20,000 nucleotides of DNA from an uncultured virus (IMG/VR IMGVR_UViG_3300025127_000026) (taxonomy: Duplodnaviria; Heunggongvirae; Uroviricota; Caudoviricetes; Crassvirales), in IMG/VR virus record IMGVR_UViG_3300025127_000026, one strand, 5' to 3'. The position numbers and the translations under genes are program-made. Under the pieces are notes generated by a model. That model was not told where the DNA came from. It was given only the letters and a program-made list of their open reading frames with translations, and ran no database searches. Position 1 is the stretch's first letter, and each line of letters opens with the position of its first letter. Positions 7,153 to 14,841 of the stretch are shown here, in pieces.

Positions 7153-8916
7153 TTATTCTAAACATTGGTCAGGTAAACTGTCACAAGTGAAATTAGCCCC
7201 AGTTAAAATTGCTATGTTTGGTGTTACTTCCTTGTCTGTTACTGATCCTTTAACATAACAACAAGATAAAGATTTATCTACAGTTGATTCAAATATTAAG
7301 TTATTTAATAATGCAGATGATTCAGCTTCAAAATAAATTGGATCTGGCATGCCATCACAAGCTTCACCTGCTACATTAGCACATTTTGTATATTCAAATC
7401 TTTCTGTTGGATTTTCTTGAGTCTCTCCTTTATAAAAATGAAGAGATAACCTATACGCACCAGATGCTTCAATTTCTCCACCAGGAAGAGAACTTTGAAC
7501 TTGAGTTACAGTTTCGCCTAAAGTTAAATCAGCTGCTTGAACTCGATCACCTGCAACTCTTTGAGCTAGCCAAGATTGAGTTGGCGTATCAGATACTCCT
7601 TTGCCTAATAGTCCACCAACTGTTGAAGGTTTAGACCACATTATAATAATGTCATCTCCTGCTTCAATAGTTATATCATTACCAGTAGATGTTCCATCAT
7701 CGCTTAAACTCATAGTGTTTATACCAACAGATGTTCCTGATGGCATTTCACCCCAACCAATTAATGTAGCAGAACTACCGGCTGATGTATCTAAAGTTCC
7801 TTTAAACAATGCAATTGTAAATTCTTCACTGTTTCCTCCTATAGCACCATAATCAACTTTGTTAATTACACATGCATCTTCAACTACTGTTTGACAAAAA
7901 ATAGTTTCTTCTACACCAGCGCCTTGACCAGCTTTACCATCGTATATGCTTAATGGAGTAAAACCGTTGTCAGTACTTCCACCGCCGCCGCCAGTTGTAA
8001 TAGACACATTGGTATTACCAGCTTGATTAGCTGTAAATGTATTAGGTGTTCCATCAACTGTTATAGTTAACGTACCGTCATTTACAGTTTGTGAATTTGG
8101 TATTTTAACAACAGCAGTACACTCTGCAGCGCTTGTTGGATCTTCCGTAGATATTGTTTCTACAGGATAATAATTACCTTCTGACGAAACAGATGGCACT
8201 TCAATATTAGTTACTTTACCTGTTTTTATACCTCCTAGAGTAGTTGGAGTAGAACAAGGTAATACGTAGGAAGATGAGGATGGTATTCTTACAACAGCTG
8301 TGCATTCCTGCGAAGGTAGAATAAGCTCGTTTTTTAATACTTCTATTGGGTAATATAAACCATCTTCTGATGGAGTTGGTATTACGCTTGTACTAGTATT
8401 TTGAAAAGCTTTTATACCGCCTAAAGATGTCGACCCAGCGCATGGAAGTTCATAAGTACCACTCGCTTGTATACCTACAACAGCTTTACATCCATCTTCA
8501 ATTATTTGTACTGGATAATATACTGGGTTATCTGCAGCTTCTGGTTGTTCTATTTCTACAGTATCCGCTGAAATACCACCTAACTCATCTTTACTAGCAC
8601 ATGGTAAAACATAAGGATCTGGTATCGTGACTTGTAAATCTATACCGTTGCCAATGCTAGTTATTGAAACGCTGCTATCAGCTGAGGTTAGTGCCATTGG
8701 TGAACATGCTGCTGCTGCAAATAGGTTAGCTCCTTGACCATCAACAATGGAAGTAATTGCTGTACTACATCCATCTCCACCTCCACCTGGAATTAATCCT
8801 GCTATTTGACTTAAAGTTATTTGTTTAGTAAACTTTTTATCGTTTGGATCTGTAATAACAACTAATTCATCACCTACTGGATTTTTTAACTTAGGATATG
8901 TATATATTATAGGCAT
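7153..8916 (-). CDS. putative virion fibre/structural protein with internal repeats
   Basis: 587 aa, acidic, G/S/T-rich; three Y.LPC......LGGI repeats; VNDGTLTI...FTANQ segment; poly-Gly linkers. Confidence 0.7.
   Translation of the reverse strand: MPIIYTYPKLKNPVGDELVVITDPNDKKFTKQITLSQIAGLIPGGGGDGCSTAITSIVDGQGANLFAAAACSPMALTSADSSVSITSIGNGIDLQVTIPDPYVLPCASKDELGGISADTVEIEQPEAADNPVYYPVQIIEDGCKAVVGIQASGTYELPCAGSTSLGGIKAFQNTSTSVIPTPSEDGLYYPIEVLKNELILPSQECTAVVRIPSSSSYVLPCSTPTTLGGIKTGKVTNIEVPSVSSEGNYYPVETISTEDPTSAAECTAVVKIPNSQTVNDGTLTITVDGTPNTFTANQAGNTNVSITTGGGGGSTDNGFTPLSIYDGKAGQGAGVEETIFCQTVVEDACVINKVDYGAIGGNSEEFTIALFKGTLDTSAGSSATLIGWGEMPSGTSVGINTMSLSDDGTSTGNDITIEAGDDIIIMWSKPSTVGGLLGKGVSDTPTQSWLAQRVAGDRVQAADLTLGETVTQVQSSLPGGEIEASGAYRLSLHFYKGETQENPTERFEYTKCANVAGEACDGMPDPIYFEAESSALLNNLIFESTVDKSLSCCYVKGSVTDKEVTPNIAILTGANFTCDSLPDQCLE
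8098..8613 (-). repeat. three tandem 53-62 aa protein repeats
   Basis: YVLPCASKDELGGIS (8613), YELPCAGSTSLGGIK (8454), YVLPCSTPTTLGGIK (8268), each followed by YYP[VI] and C.AVV.I. Confidence 0.9.
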
Positions 8917-8919
8917 AAT

Positions 8920-9591
8920 TTATAATTTTTTTACTTTTTTTGCTGTTTTTGCTGTTTTTGTATATCGCCTTTTACTCTTTGGACTCATTGATTTAGACTT
9001 AGGTCTTTGAGGTTTAGGACCTTTTCTAGTTACAGTTGGTGGTTTTACAGCTCCTCCAGCTTTTTTAAATGTTAATTCAGCAGGTTCTGCTGATTGCTGA
9101 GATGAACTACCTAAATGCGCCTCTTTTAATTCCATATCTCTTTTAGATGGAGTGAATGTTTTATTGGATGCTGAACTAGTTTTCTTTGGTTCAGACCAAG
9201 TTGCTTTTAATGGGCCCAACTTTGGGGGTTCGATTTTTTCAGCTAATGGCTGTTTAATTGCCTTAGGCATTTTAGGTTTTGGCATTACAGTTGCTTTTGC
9301 TAATCTTGATCCTAAGTCAGCTGCTAATCCTGATTTTAATGCATTTTTCAACATAGCATTCATAGCCACTGTGTTACCTAATTTTTTAGTTGAACCTTGA
9401 AAGCGTTTTACAACAGGCTCTTTAGATCTATTTACTACAGGATTTTCTGTAAGTAAGTTTTTTCTTTCTTGCTTAGCTGACTCTTTTTTAACTTTTCTAG
9501 GAACTTTCATAGGTTTAGGTCCTTTACCTGACCTACGACCTTTGTTTTCGTTGTCGTCTTTTTTTCTTTTTGGTTTATCTCCGTATTCCAT
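8920..9591 (-). CDS. highly basic Lys/Pro-rich, probably disordered protein
   Basis: ORF track; composition. Confidence 0.8.
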   Translation of the reverse strand: MEYGDKPKRKKDDNENKGRRSGKGPKPMKVPRKVKKESAKQERKNLLTENPVVNRSKEPVVKRFQGSTKKLGNTVAMNAMLKNALKSGLAADLGSRLAKATVMPKPKMPKAIKQPLAEKIEPPKLGPLKATWSEPKKTSSASNKTFTPSKRDMELKEAHLGSSSQQSAEPAELTFKKAGGAVKPPTVTRKGPKPQRPKSKSMSPKSKRRYTKTAKTAKKVKKL

Positions 9592-9601
9592 TGTGAATAT
9601 T

Positions 9602-9817
9602 TTAAGATCTTGAACCCATATGTTTCATTACTTTGCTTCTCGAATGTCTATGGAAAGCATCGTCGTGTGCATCTCTTTTTAAAGCATGTGCGTGATCAAA
9701 ATCATTTTCAGCATTTGCCATCTTTCCGTGAGCAGCTTCGTATCTACCGTCAATTCTTAACTTTCTTTCGTGAGAGTAGTCATCCATAGCCGCTTCTTTG
9801 TCTTGATATTTGTTCAT
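9602..9817 (-). CDS. His/Asp-rich small protein; first gene of the leftward arm
   Basis: ORF 9602-9919 trimmed to MNKYQDK (ATG 9817); the upstream part is AT-rich and overlaps regulatory repeats. Confidence 0.7.
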   Translation of the reverse strand: MNKYQDKEAAMDDYSHERKLRIDGRYEAAHGKMANAENDFDHAHALKRDAHDDAFHRHSRSKVMKHMGSRS

Positions 9818-9911
9818 AATTATGATTTTTTTTAATATTTTTAGTTTTATACGTATAATATAGTTATTTACAGGTAAAATTACAAATTTACTTAAAAAAA
9901 TAAGGGTACAC

Positions 9912-9958
9912 TGTGACAATAGGGTACTACTCTTAATATTTAACTAGCTTATGTCACT
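9912..9958. promoter_or_regulatory. TGACA-type imperfect inverted repeat, site A
   Basis: TGTGACA-N33-TGTCACT; arms related to sites B and C. Confidence 0.7.
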
Positions 9959-10136
9959 ATTTTTATAGCCCGGCTTAGATATATAGGGAATTTTTGCTAT
10001 ACTTTGAAATTTTATTTTGTTTTTTTAAAAAAAATTGAATTTATATTTTGGCCCCTACGTGTTTTTTGATATATTTTTGCGTATATTTTTATGTTTTCAA
10101 TGTTATATTTCATGCTTTTCATGTTTTGTTTTATAT

Positions 10137-10173
10137 TATAAAATAAATACGGATATTTCTAGATAATAATTAT
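10137..10173 (+). promoter_or_regulatory. repeated phage promoter-like motif, copy 1
   Basis: tataaaaTAAATACGG-atatttcta-GATAAT. Confidence 0.75.
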
Positions 10174-10193
10174 AAATAATAAAACTAATAACA

Positions 10194-10448
10194 ATGAATA
10201 TAAATAAATTACCTCAATTAAATAATAATCACGAATATCTAATTGACAACTCAGATTACTCAGAATTATTTGAACGACTAAACTATAATACAGAAGACTA
10301 CCTCATCGTCTACTCATATATTCACGACATAATAGACGTAGTAAAAGAATTAATAAACTACAATGTAGAATTCTCACATCACTCTTGTCATTTATCTGAC
10401 GAATCATACTTACTAATTAACTACAAAGAAGAAAATCTACATATATAA
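10194..10448 (+). CDS. acidic hypothetical protein; first gene of the rightward arm
   Basis: ORF track; downstream of motif copy 1. Confidence 0.75.
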   Translation: MNINKLPQLNNNHEYLIDNSDYSELFERLNYNTEDYLIVYSYIHDIIDVVKELINYNVEFSHHSCHLSDESYLLINYKEENLHI

Positions 10449-10450
10449 AT

Positions 10451-10487
10451 TATAAACTAAATACGACTAACAACAGATAATAATATA
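10451..10487 (+). promoter_or_regulatory. repeated phage promoter-like motif, copy 2
   Basis: tataaacTAAATACGA-ctaacaaca-GATAAT. Confidence 0.8.
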
Positions 10488-10522
10488 AACTAAACTAAAT
10501 TAATAATAAATAAATAATAACT

Positions 10523-10759
10523 ATGAAAAATTCTAAATTAACAACAAAAAGATTTGTAATAAGAAAATCTTTAATCGGTGAAAATACAATTATAACTTTC
10601 ACTAACAAAAAATCTCAAACTTTCACTTATAATCACGACGAAATATACTCACTATTTCAAGAAAAATTTGAGTCAATGCCATGCTTTCAAGAATATGGAA
10701 GTTATACTAACTCTAACATTGTACCTAAATTCTGCAGAGAATATAGTGAAATGTCATAA
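10523..10759 (+). CDS. hypothetical phage protein
   Basis: ORF track; KRFVIRKSLIG...YNHD...YTNSN. Confidence 0.8.
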   Translation: MKNSKLTTKRFVIRKSLIGENTIITFTNKKSQTFTYNHDEIYSLFQEKFESMPCFQEYGSYTNSNIVPKFCREYSEMS

Positions 10760-10765
10760 GTAACA

Positions 10766-10812
10766 TGTGACAGTAGCCTGTTACTATTATATACTAACAA
10801 GCTATTGTCATA
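10766..10812. promoter_or_regulatory. TGACA-type inverted repeat, site B
   Basis: TGTGACAGTAGCCTGTTACTAT versus reverse complement of right arm TATGACAATAGCTTGTTAGTAT (18/22 match). Confidence 0.8.
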
Positions 10813-10926
10813 CTATACTTATATGAATAACGTTACATACTAATGTAAGTTATCGCGAGACTTCGCGCAACAATACTAAACTAAAAATAATAACTAAACT
10901 AATATACACCTTTAAAATTAAATAAA

Positions 10927-11016
10927 ATGTCTAAATATAAAATACAAGAAACATTAACATATATCTTCCTTACTTCATGGCTAATTGGAATTATCTTAAT
11001 CTCAATTGTCAACTAA
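10927..11016 (+). CDS. 29 aa single-TM microprotein (not in ORF track)
   Basis: MSKYKIQETLTYIFLTSWLIGIILISIVN; preceded by the same CTTTAAAATTAAAT leader as neighbouring genes. Confidence 0.6.
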   Translation: MSKYKIQETLTYIFLTSWLIGIILISIVN

Positions 11017-11043
11017 ATACGATATAGTAACGATATTAATAAT
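11007..11043 (+). promoter_or_regulatory. repeated phage promoter-like motif, copy 3
   Basis: tgtcaacTAAATACGA-tatagtaac-GATATT. Confidence 0.7.
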
Positions 11044-11134
11044 AAATAAATAAACATGTAGTTGATCGCCATAATTTAGCATGTATAAATAATACGAACA
11101 CTTGGCGCAGCACAACTTTTTAAAATTAATACTT

Positions 11135-11329
11135 ATGCAAAAATTAAATCTTATACACTCAATTTTAAATCACAAAAACCTATTTAAACCTCAACCAAAA
11201 ACAGGCAATAATTACTCAGACCCTATTACTCCAAATATGCTTTGCTCTAATTATTTATTTAACTACTATTACTACTTAAATAATTCTGACCTAACTCATA
11301 TTTTAAGCAACTTAAATAAACTAAAATAA
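11135..11329 (+). CDS. hypothetical protein
   Basis: ORF 11102-11329 trimmed from TTG to ATG 11135 (MQKLNLIHS). Confidence 0.6.
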   Translation: MQKLNLIHSILNHKNLFKPQPKTGNNYSDPITPNMLCSNYLFNYYYYLNNSDLTHILSNLNKLK

Positions 11330-11350
11330 TAACTTTAAAAATTAAATACT

Positions 11351-11551
11351 ATGTATAATATAAATAATCCTTCAAACTGGTCATGGTCAAAAGCGTTTGA
11401 CGAAATGGCTAAAACAGTAAATCAAGCTGAACTCACTCAGCAATCTATAAATCATGTACTCGATTATCCTGGTGAAGCTAATGGTGTTTTCATGACACTA
11501 AGTAAATCAAAACAAGATGATGTTTACGAAATACTAAATCAAATACTATGA
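11351..11551 (+). CDS. hypothetical phage protein
   Basis: ORF track. Confidence 0.75.
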   Translation: MYNINNPSNWSWSKAFDEMAKTVNQAELTQQSINHVLDYPGEANGVFMTLSKSKQDDVYEILNQIL

Positions 11552-11685
11552 ATAATCTAAATACAACTATAGATAAAGTAGCAATGTCAGAGTTTGGTAT
11601 TCACTACTATTTACTCGGTGAAAACGAGCAACAATGGTGTCACGATGAATTAGTAAATAACCCTAAATGGCTATCAAAAATATGA
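11548..11685 (+). CDS. 45 aa hypothetical protein (not in ORF track)
   Basis: MNNLNTTIDKVAMSEFGIHYYLLGENEQQWCHDELVNNPKWLSKI; ATGA overlaps at both ends. Confidence 0.75.
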   Translation: MNNLNTTIDKVAMSEFGIHYYLLGENEQQWCHDELVNNPKWLSKI

Positions 11686-11888
11686 AAACTAAAATATACT
11701 CAAATCAAACACTAACTGTACTAGATTTTGGCAGTGGTGAAATACATCAGTATCACGATGTAGACTATGAGAAATATCAAATGGAACTTGACGAGTTTGT
11801 CGGAGTACAACTCGGTTATAACTTAAATGAAGTAGAATATATGTTCCATACTGACAAAACCGTTTATAACTTGACACTTGAACTATGA
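11682..11888 (+). CDS. hypothetical protein
   Basis: ORF 11667-11888 trimmed to ATG 11682 (ATGA overlap). Confidence 0.75.
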   Translation: MKTKIYSNQTLTVLDFGSGEIHQYHDVDYEKYQMELDEFVGVQLGYNLNEVEYMFHTDKTVYNLTLEL

Positions 11889-11977
11889 AAATAACTAATA
11901 AGCAATTTAATATAATAACAATAATGATAGCAACTATGTTACTAATAGAATTAATAAAAGTAGCTACATTTATATAA
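11885..11977 (+). CDS. 30 aa single-TM microprotein (not in ORF track)
   Basis: MKITNKQFNIITIMIATMLLIELIKVATFI; ATGA overlap. Confidence 0.6.
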   Translation: MKITNKQFNIITIMIATMLLIELIKVATFI

Positions 11978-11987
11978 CTTAAATAAT

Positions 11988-12362
11988 ATGAAAAAAATAA
12001 TAATGACAATAGGTGCTTTCGCTATGTTAACACTTGGCCAATCACAAAACTGGAAAGCTAACGAAGCACTAAATACATTAGCAGATATGGAAGAGTGGAT
12101 GCGTGAAGATGTAGCTAACGGCAGAATAAATCCTGAATTAGGCGAAGAGTATATTAATAATATTCAAAGCGTACTAAAACTAGTATTAACTATTGATGAC
12201 GAAGATGCTTGTGTTAGAGATAACGACATAGAGTTTGACAGATTAAATAGTAGAAGTGAAATAGATACTGACCCTACTTATTACGAACGTAAAAAGAAAA
12301 GGTCATTCACTTTATTCAAAATAGTAATTGAAAATCCAGTTGCTTCTAACGACTCTTTATAA
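11988..12362 (+). CDS. predicted exported protein with signal peptide
   Basis: MKKIIMTIGAFAMLTLGQSQ; domain shared with 13120-13359. Confidence 0.75.
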   Translation: MKKIIMTIGAFAMLTLGQSQNWKANEALNTLADMEEWMREDVANGRINPELGEEYINNIQSVLKLVLTIDDEDACVRDNDIEFDRLNSRSEIDTDPTYYERKKKRSFTLFKIVIENPVASNDSL

Positions 12363-12394
12363 TATAAATACGATTACTATCAGATTATAATAAT
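12358..12394 (+). promoter_or_regulatory. repeated phage promoter-like motif, copy 4 (leaderless geometry)
   Basis: tataataTAAATACGA-ttactatca-GATTAT-aataat-ATG(12395). Confidence 0.8.
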
Positions 12395-12829
12395 ATGAAA
12401 TGTAAATGTAATAAAATTATTCCACCTGCTCGTGTTGCACTCGGTTATACTACTTGTGTCGAGTGTTCCACAGTTGAGCGGTATGGTTGTATAGATACTA
12501 TTAACCACAAAACAGGTAACTCAATACAAGTTATGTCACGTAGCGATGCAGATAAAGCTAGTAAATTACTAAAACGCGCAGGTTACTCAACTCTTCGTGC
12601 TTTATCAGGTAAATCTGTAACTAAAAAATCTAAAATCAATAAAGGTTGTCGCTTAACTAATATAGGTAATCAACAACTATACGAACAAATAGGTAAAATG
12701 TATGTAGATTACTACGATGTTGATGAGAAATTAGCAAATCGTTATTTACTACGAGCATTAAACAACTTAGAAATAAATCAACTACAGTACAATACTATTA
12801 TAAAACTAACACAACTAATTACAAATTAA
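12395..12829 (+). CDS. protein with N-terminal DksA/TraR-type C4 zinc finger
   Basis: CKCNKIIPPARVALGYTTCVEC matches the C..C...IP..R......TC..C pattern. Confidence 0.75.
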   Translation: MKCKCNKIIPPARVALGYTTCVECSTVERYGCIDTINHKTGNSIQVMSRSDADKASKLLKRAGYSTLRALSGKSVTKKSKINKGCRLTNIGNQQLYEQIGKMYVDYYDVDEKLANRYLLRALNNLEINQLQYNTIIKLTQLITN

Positions 12830-12856
12830 ATACGAACAAGTAACGATAATATAAAT
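12820..12856 (+). promoter_or_regulatory. repeated phage promoter-like motif, copy 5 (leaderless geometry)
   Basis: tacaaatTAAATACGA-acaagtaac-GATAAT-ataaat-ATG(12857). Confidence 0.85.
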
Positions 12857-13135
12857 ATGATGCACGAATCAATAGAAACATATATAATGACCGATAACCT
12901 CGACGCTATCATCTACAAAGATGGCGATATGAAGCTCCAAATCTTCAATAAATACAAATCTCCATACGGTTGGTCACCAAGAAAGCTAATGCTTAGTTGC
13001 TATGGCGTGCAAGCAAACGAATTCACTTACGATTATGTAAGTAACAAGGTAGATGAGGTCTATTCTACCTTTAACAAAGACGAAATAGACGAGTTAATAA
13101 CAAAAGTAAATAAATACAAATGCTTAAAAAAATAA
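12857..13135 (+). CDS. hypothetical protein
   Basis: ORF track. Confidence 0.8.
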   Translation: MMHESIETYIMTDNLDAIIYKDGDMKLQIFNKYKSPYGWSPRKLMLSCYGVQANEFTYDYVSNKVDEVYSTFNKDEIDELITKVNKYKCLKK

Positions 13136-13359
13136 GTATATTACTTATAGCTTGTAATTCATGTGCTATGAATGAAAATGTGATATTCTATACACATAAT
13201 GTAAAAAAATGTGTACATAATTTACAACAAATAGAGTCATGGATCCACCACGATATAGAAAATGGTAAAATACCAGTTGATATTGGTGAAGACTACATGA
13301 TAGCGATAACACATACTAAAATTAGTTTACAAGAAAAATACAAGAAACATGATAAGTAA
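13120..13359 (+). CDS. possible lipoprotein/exported protein, paralog of 11988-12362
   Basis: MLKKISILLIACNSC leader; L..IESWIHHDIENGKIPVDIGEDY. Confidence 0.65.
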   Translation: MLKKISILLIACNSCAMNENVIFYTHNVKKCVHNLQQIESWIHHDIENGKIPVDIGEDYMIAITHTKISLQEKYKKHDK

Positions 13360-13501
13360 AAAAATTAAACAACTTCAAAACCTGTACTCATGGAATGAGT
13401 TTTACCAAGGCACAGGTAATAAAACACAGATGAGAAAGTGCCAAACTGAAATCCACCAGTTGAAAAGTGAGATTAACGAATTAAAAACTAAGAAAAAGTG
13501 A
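13349..13501 (+). CDS. 50 aa hypothetical protein (not in ORF track)
   Basis: MISKKIKQLQNLYSWNEFYQG...KTKKK; GTGA overlap with 13498. Confidence 0.65.
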   Translation: MISKKIKQLQNLYSWNEFYQGTGNKTQMRKCQTEIHQLKSEINELKTKKK

Positions 13502-13782
13502 AAGATACTAACGCGATAGAAAAAGCACTTAAAGTTAAAGTAAGCGAAGAGTGCAGAGAAATAGTAGACAAATTCATTACTGATTTAGAAAAACTATCAA
13601 ACAAGTATGGTGGTTGTAATTTTTACGACTTTAAAAAACCTAGTGATGAAAACTATGAATTTATGGTAACAGGAACTCACGGAGTAACTAGTGTACTACA
13701 TAGAATGATATTAGATAATCACGGTGGACAAATGTTGAAACAAAAGTCACAAGAGCTAATCAAAAAACTAGATTTAATATGA
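13498..13782 (+). CDS. hypothetical protein
   Basis: ORF track (GTG start). Confidence 0.75.
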   Translation: MKDTNAIEKALKVKVSEECREIVDKFITDLEKLSNKYGGCNFYDFKKPSDENYEFMVTGTHGVTSVLHRMILDNHGGQMLKQKSQELIKKLDLI

Positions 13783-13949
13783 CTGAGCAAGAAGTAATAT
13801 GGAAAGTGTGTGACAGAATAGTTGATACACTATATAACGAGCTAGACTACTATATGTTTGAAGAATTAGGTTATACTGAAACTGACGACAAGTATGTTGA
13901 AGACGCTGACAAACTAATAACTAAAGTAATAAATGAATTAATAAAATAA
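13779..13949 (+). CDS. 56 aa acidic protein (not in ORF track)
   Basis: MTEQEVIWKVCDRIVDTLYNELDYYMFEELG...; ATGA overlap. Confidence 0.75.
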   Translation: MTEQEVIWKVCDRIVDTLYNELDYYMFEELGYTETDDKYVEDADKLITKVINELIK

Positions 13950-13951
13950 CT

Positions 13952-14143
13952 ATGGCAAATATGAGTTACTGCAGGTTTGAAAACACTGCAAGAGATTTAG
14001 TAGACTGTGTAAACGCTATAAGACAAGGTGATATACACGAGTTGAACAACTACGAGCTAGATGGTTTAAAAGATATACTAGATCTAGCTGAACAAATAGT
14101 AGAAGATAAAGAATATATACAAGAAATTATAAACAATGACTGA
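13952..14143 (+). CDS. small conserved phage protein (MANMSYCRFENT family)
   Basis: N-terminal motif recurrent among phage hypotheticals. Confidence 0.8.
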   Translation: MANMSYCRFENTARDLVDCVNAIRQGDIHELNNYELDGLKDILDLAEQIVEDKEYIQEIINND

Positions 14144-14309
14144 AATACAGAAAATACAGGCGATAACACAAGATATATTAGCCGGATATTATGGTAGCGT
14201 ACAGAAATGCGGTACAGAAACACAGAAATATACTTACGCTTTTGAACAAGCTAAGAAAATATTTGCAGGTGAATTACTAATAGATCCTAATCACTTTCCT
14301 ACAATATGA
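14136..14309 (+). CDS. 57 aa hypothetical protein (not in ORF track)
   Basis: MTEIQKIQAITQDILAGYYG...HFPTI; overlaps both neighbours. Confidence 0.7.
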   Translation: MTEIQKIQAITQDILAGYYGSVQKCGTETQKYTYAFEQAKKIFAGELLIDPNHFPTI

Positions 14310-14464
14310 GCGATCACAGAACAATACAAGAGTATTTAACTTACCAAGAAGAGGTTGCAATACCGAAATTAAGATGGTTACAGGTCAAAACTCTTAAAGA
14401 ACAATACCCAAATGATCAAGAATTTGGTTCAAAAGTAAGAGAACTTGTTAATAATACAAAATAA
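14306..14464 (+). CDS. 52 aa protein with YPND..G..VR motif (not in ORF track)
   Basis: MSDHRTIQEY...EQYPNDQEFGSKVRELVNNTK; ATGA overlap. Confidence 0.75.
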   Translation: MSDHRTIQEYLTYQEEVAIPKLRWLQVKTLKEQYPNDQEFGSKVRELVNNTK

Positions 14465-14491
14465 ATACGAATAGTAATCGATAATAAAAAT
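14455..14491 (+). promoter_or_regulatory. repeated phage promoter-like motif, copy 6 (leaderless geometry)
   Basis: tacaaaaTAAATACGA-atagtaatc-GATAAT-aaaaat-ATG(14492). Confidence 0.85.
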
Positions 14492-14659
14492 ATGAATACA
14501 ATAAAAACACATACAGCAGATCGATCAAAAGTAACAATAACCAAAATAATCGATGGTAAAACAGAGAAAAGAACTTATAAAGGTTATACTATAAATAATA
14601 TACCAGAAGAGTGTAATCACTGGTTCAACTACAAAGGTTTGACTTTTGTAATAAACTAA
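14492..14659 (+). CDS. 55 aa hypothetical protein (not in ORF track)
   Basis: MNTIKTHTADRSKVT...WFNYKGLTFVIN; starts at the fixed motif distance. Confidence 0.75.
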   Translation: MNTIKTHTADRSKVTITKIIDGKTEKRTYKGYTINNIPEECNHWFNYKGLTFVIN

Positions 14660-14737
14660 AAACCACGACTTCAACACACCGTGTCGTAGCGGTGAAGAAG
14701 ACAAACAGTGGGGTTGAGTGACGGCTCAGCTTGGACA

Positions 14738-14839
14738 GCGAGGTCAGGTTTAATAATGAGATATAGGTTAAGCGGAAGACACACCTAGCGTTATTAATGA
14801 CTGTTCTAGACATGAGAGGTTCGACTCCTCTCTCTCGCT
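14738..14839 (+). ncRNA. tRNA-like structured RNA (acceptor stem plus T-arm, atypical body)
   Basis: T-arm AGAGG-TTCGACT-CCTCT (14815-14831); GCGAGG (14738) pairs with TCTCGC (14833-14838); internal TTAATAATG/CGTTATTAA and TAGGT/ACCTA helices; no canonical D or anticodon arm. Confidence 0.6.
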
Positions 14840-14841
14840 CT

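Noticed and set aside
13809..13815. Isolated TGTGACA/TGTCACA half-sites (also 1682, 7179 and TGTCATA at 10752)
   Set aside because: Inside coding sequence, with no partner arm at 31-33 nt
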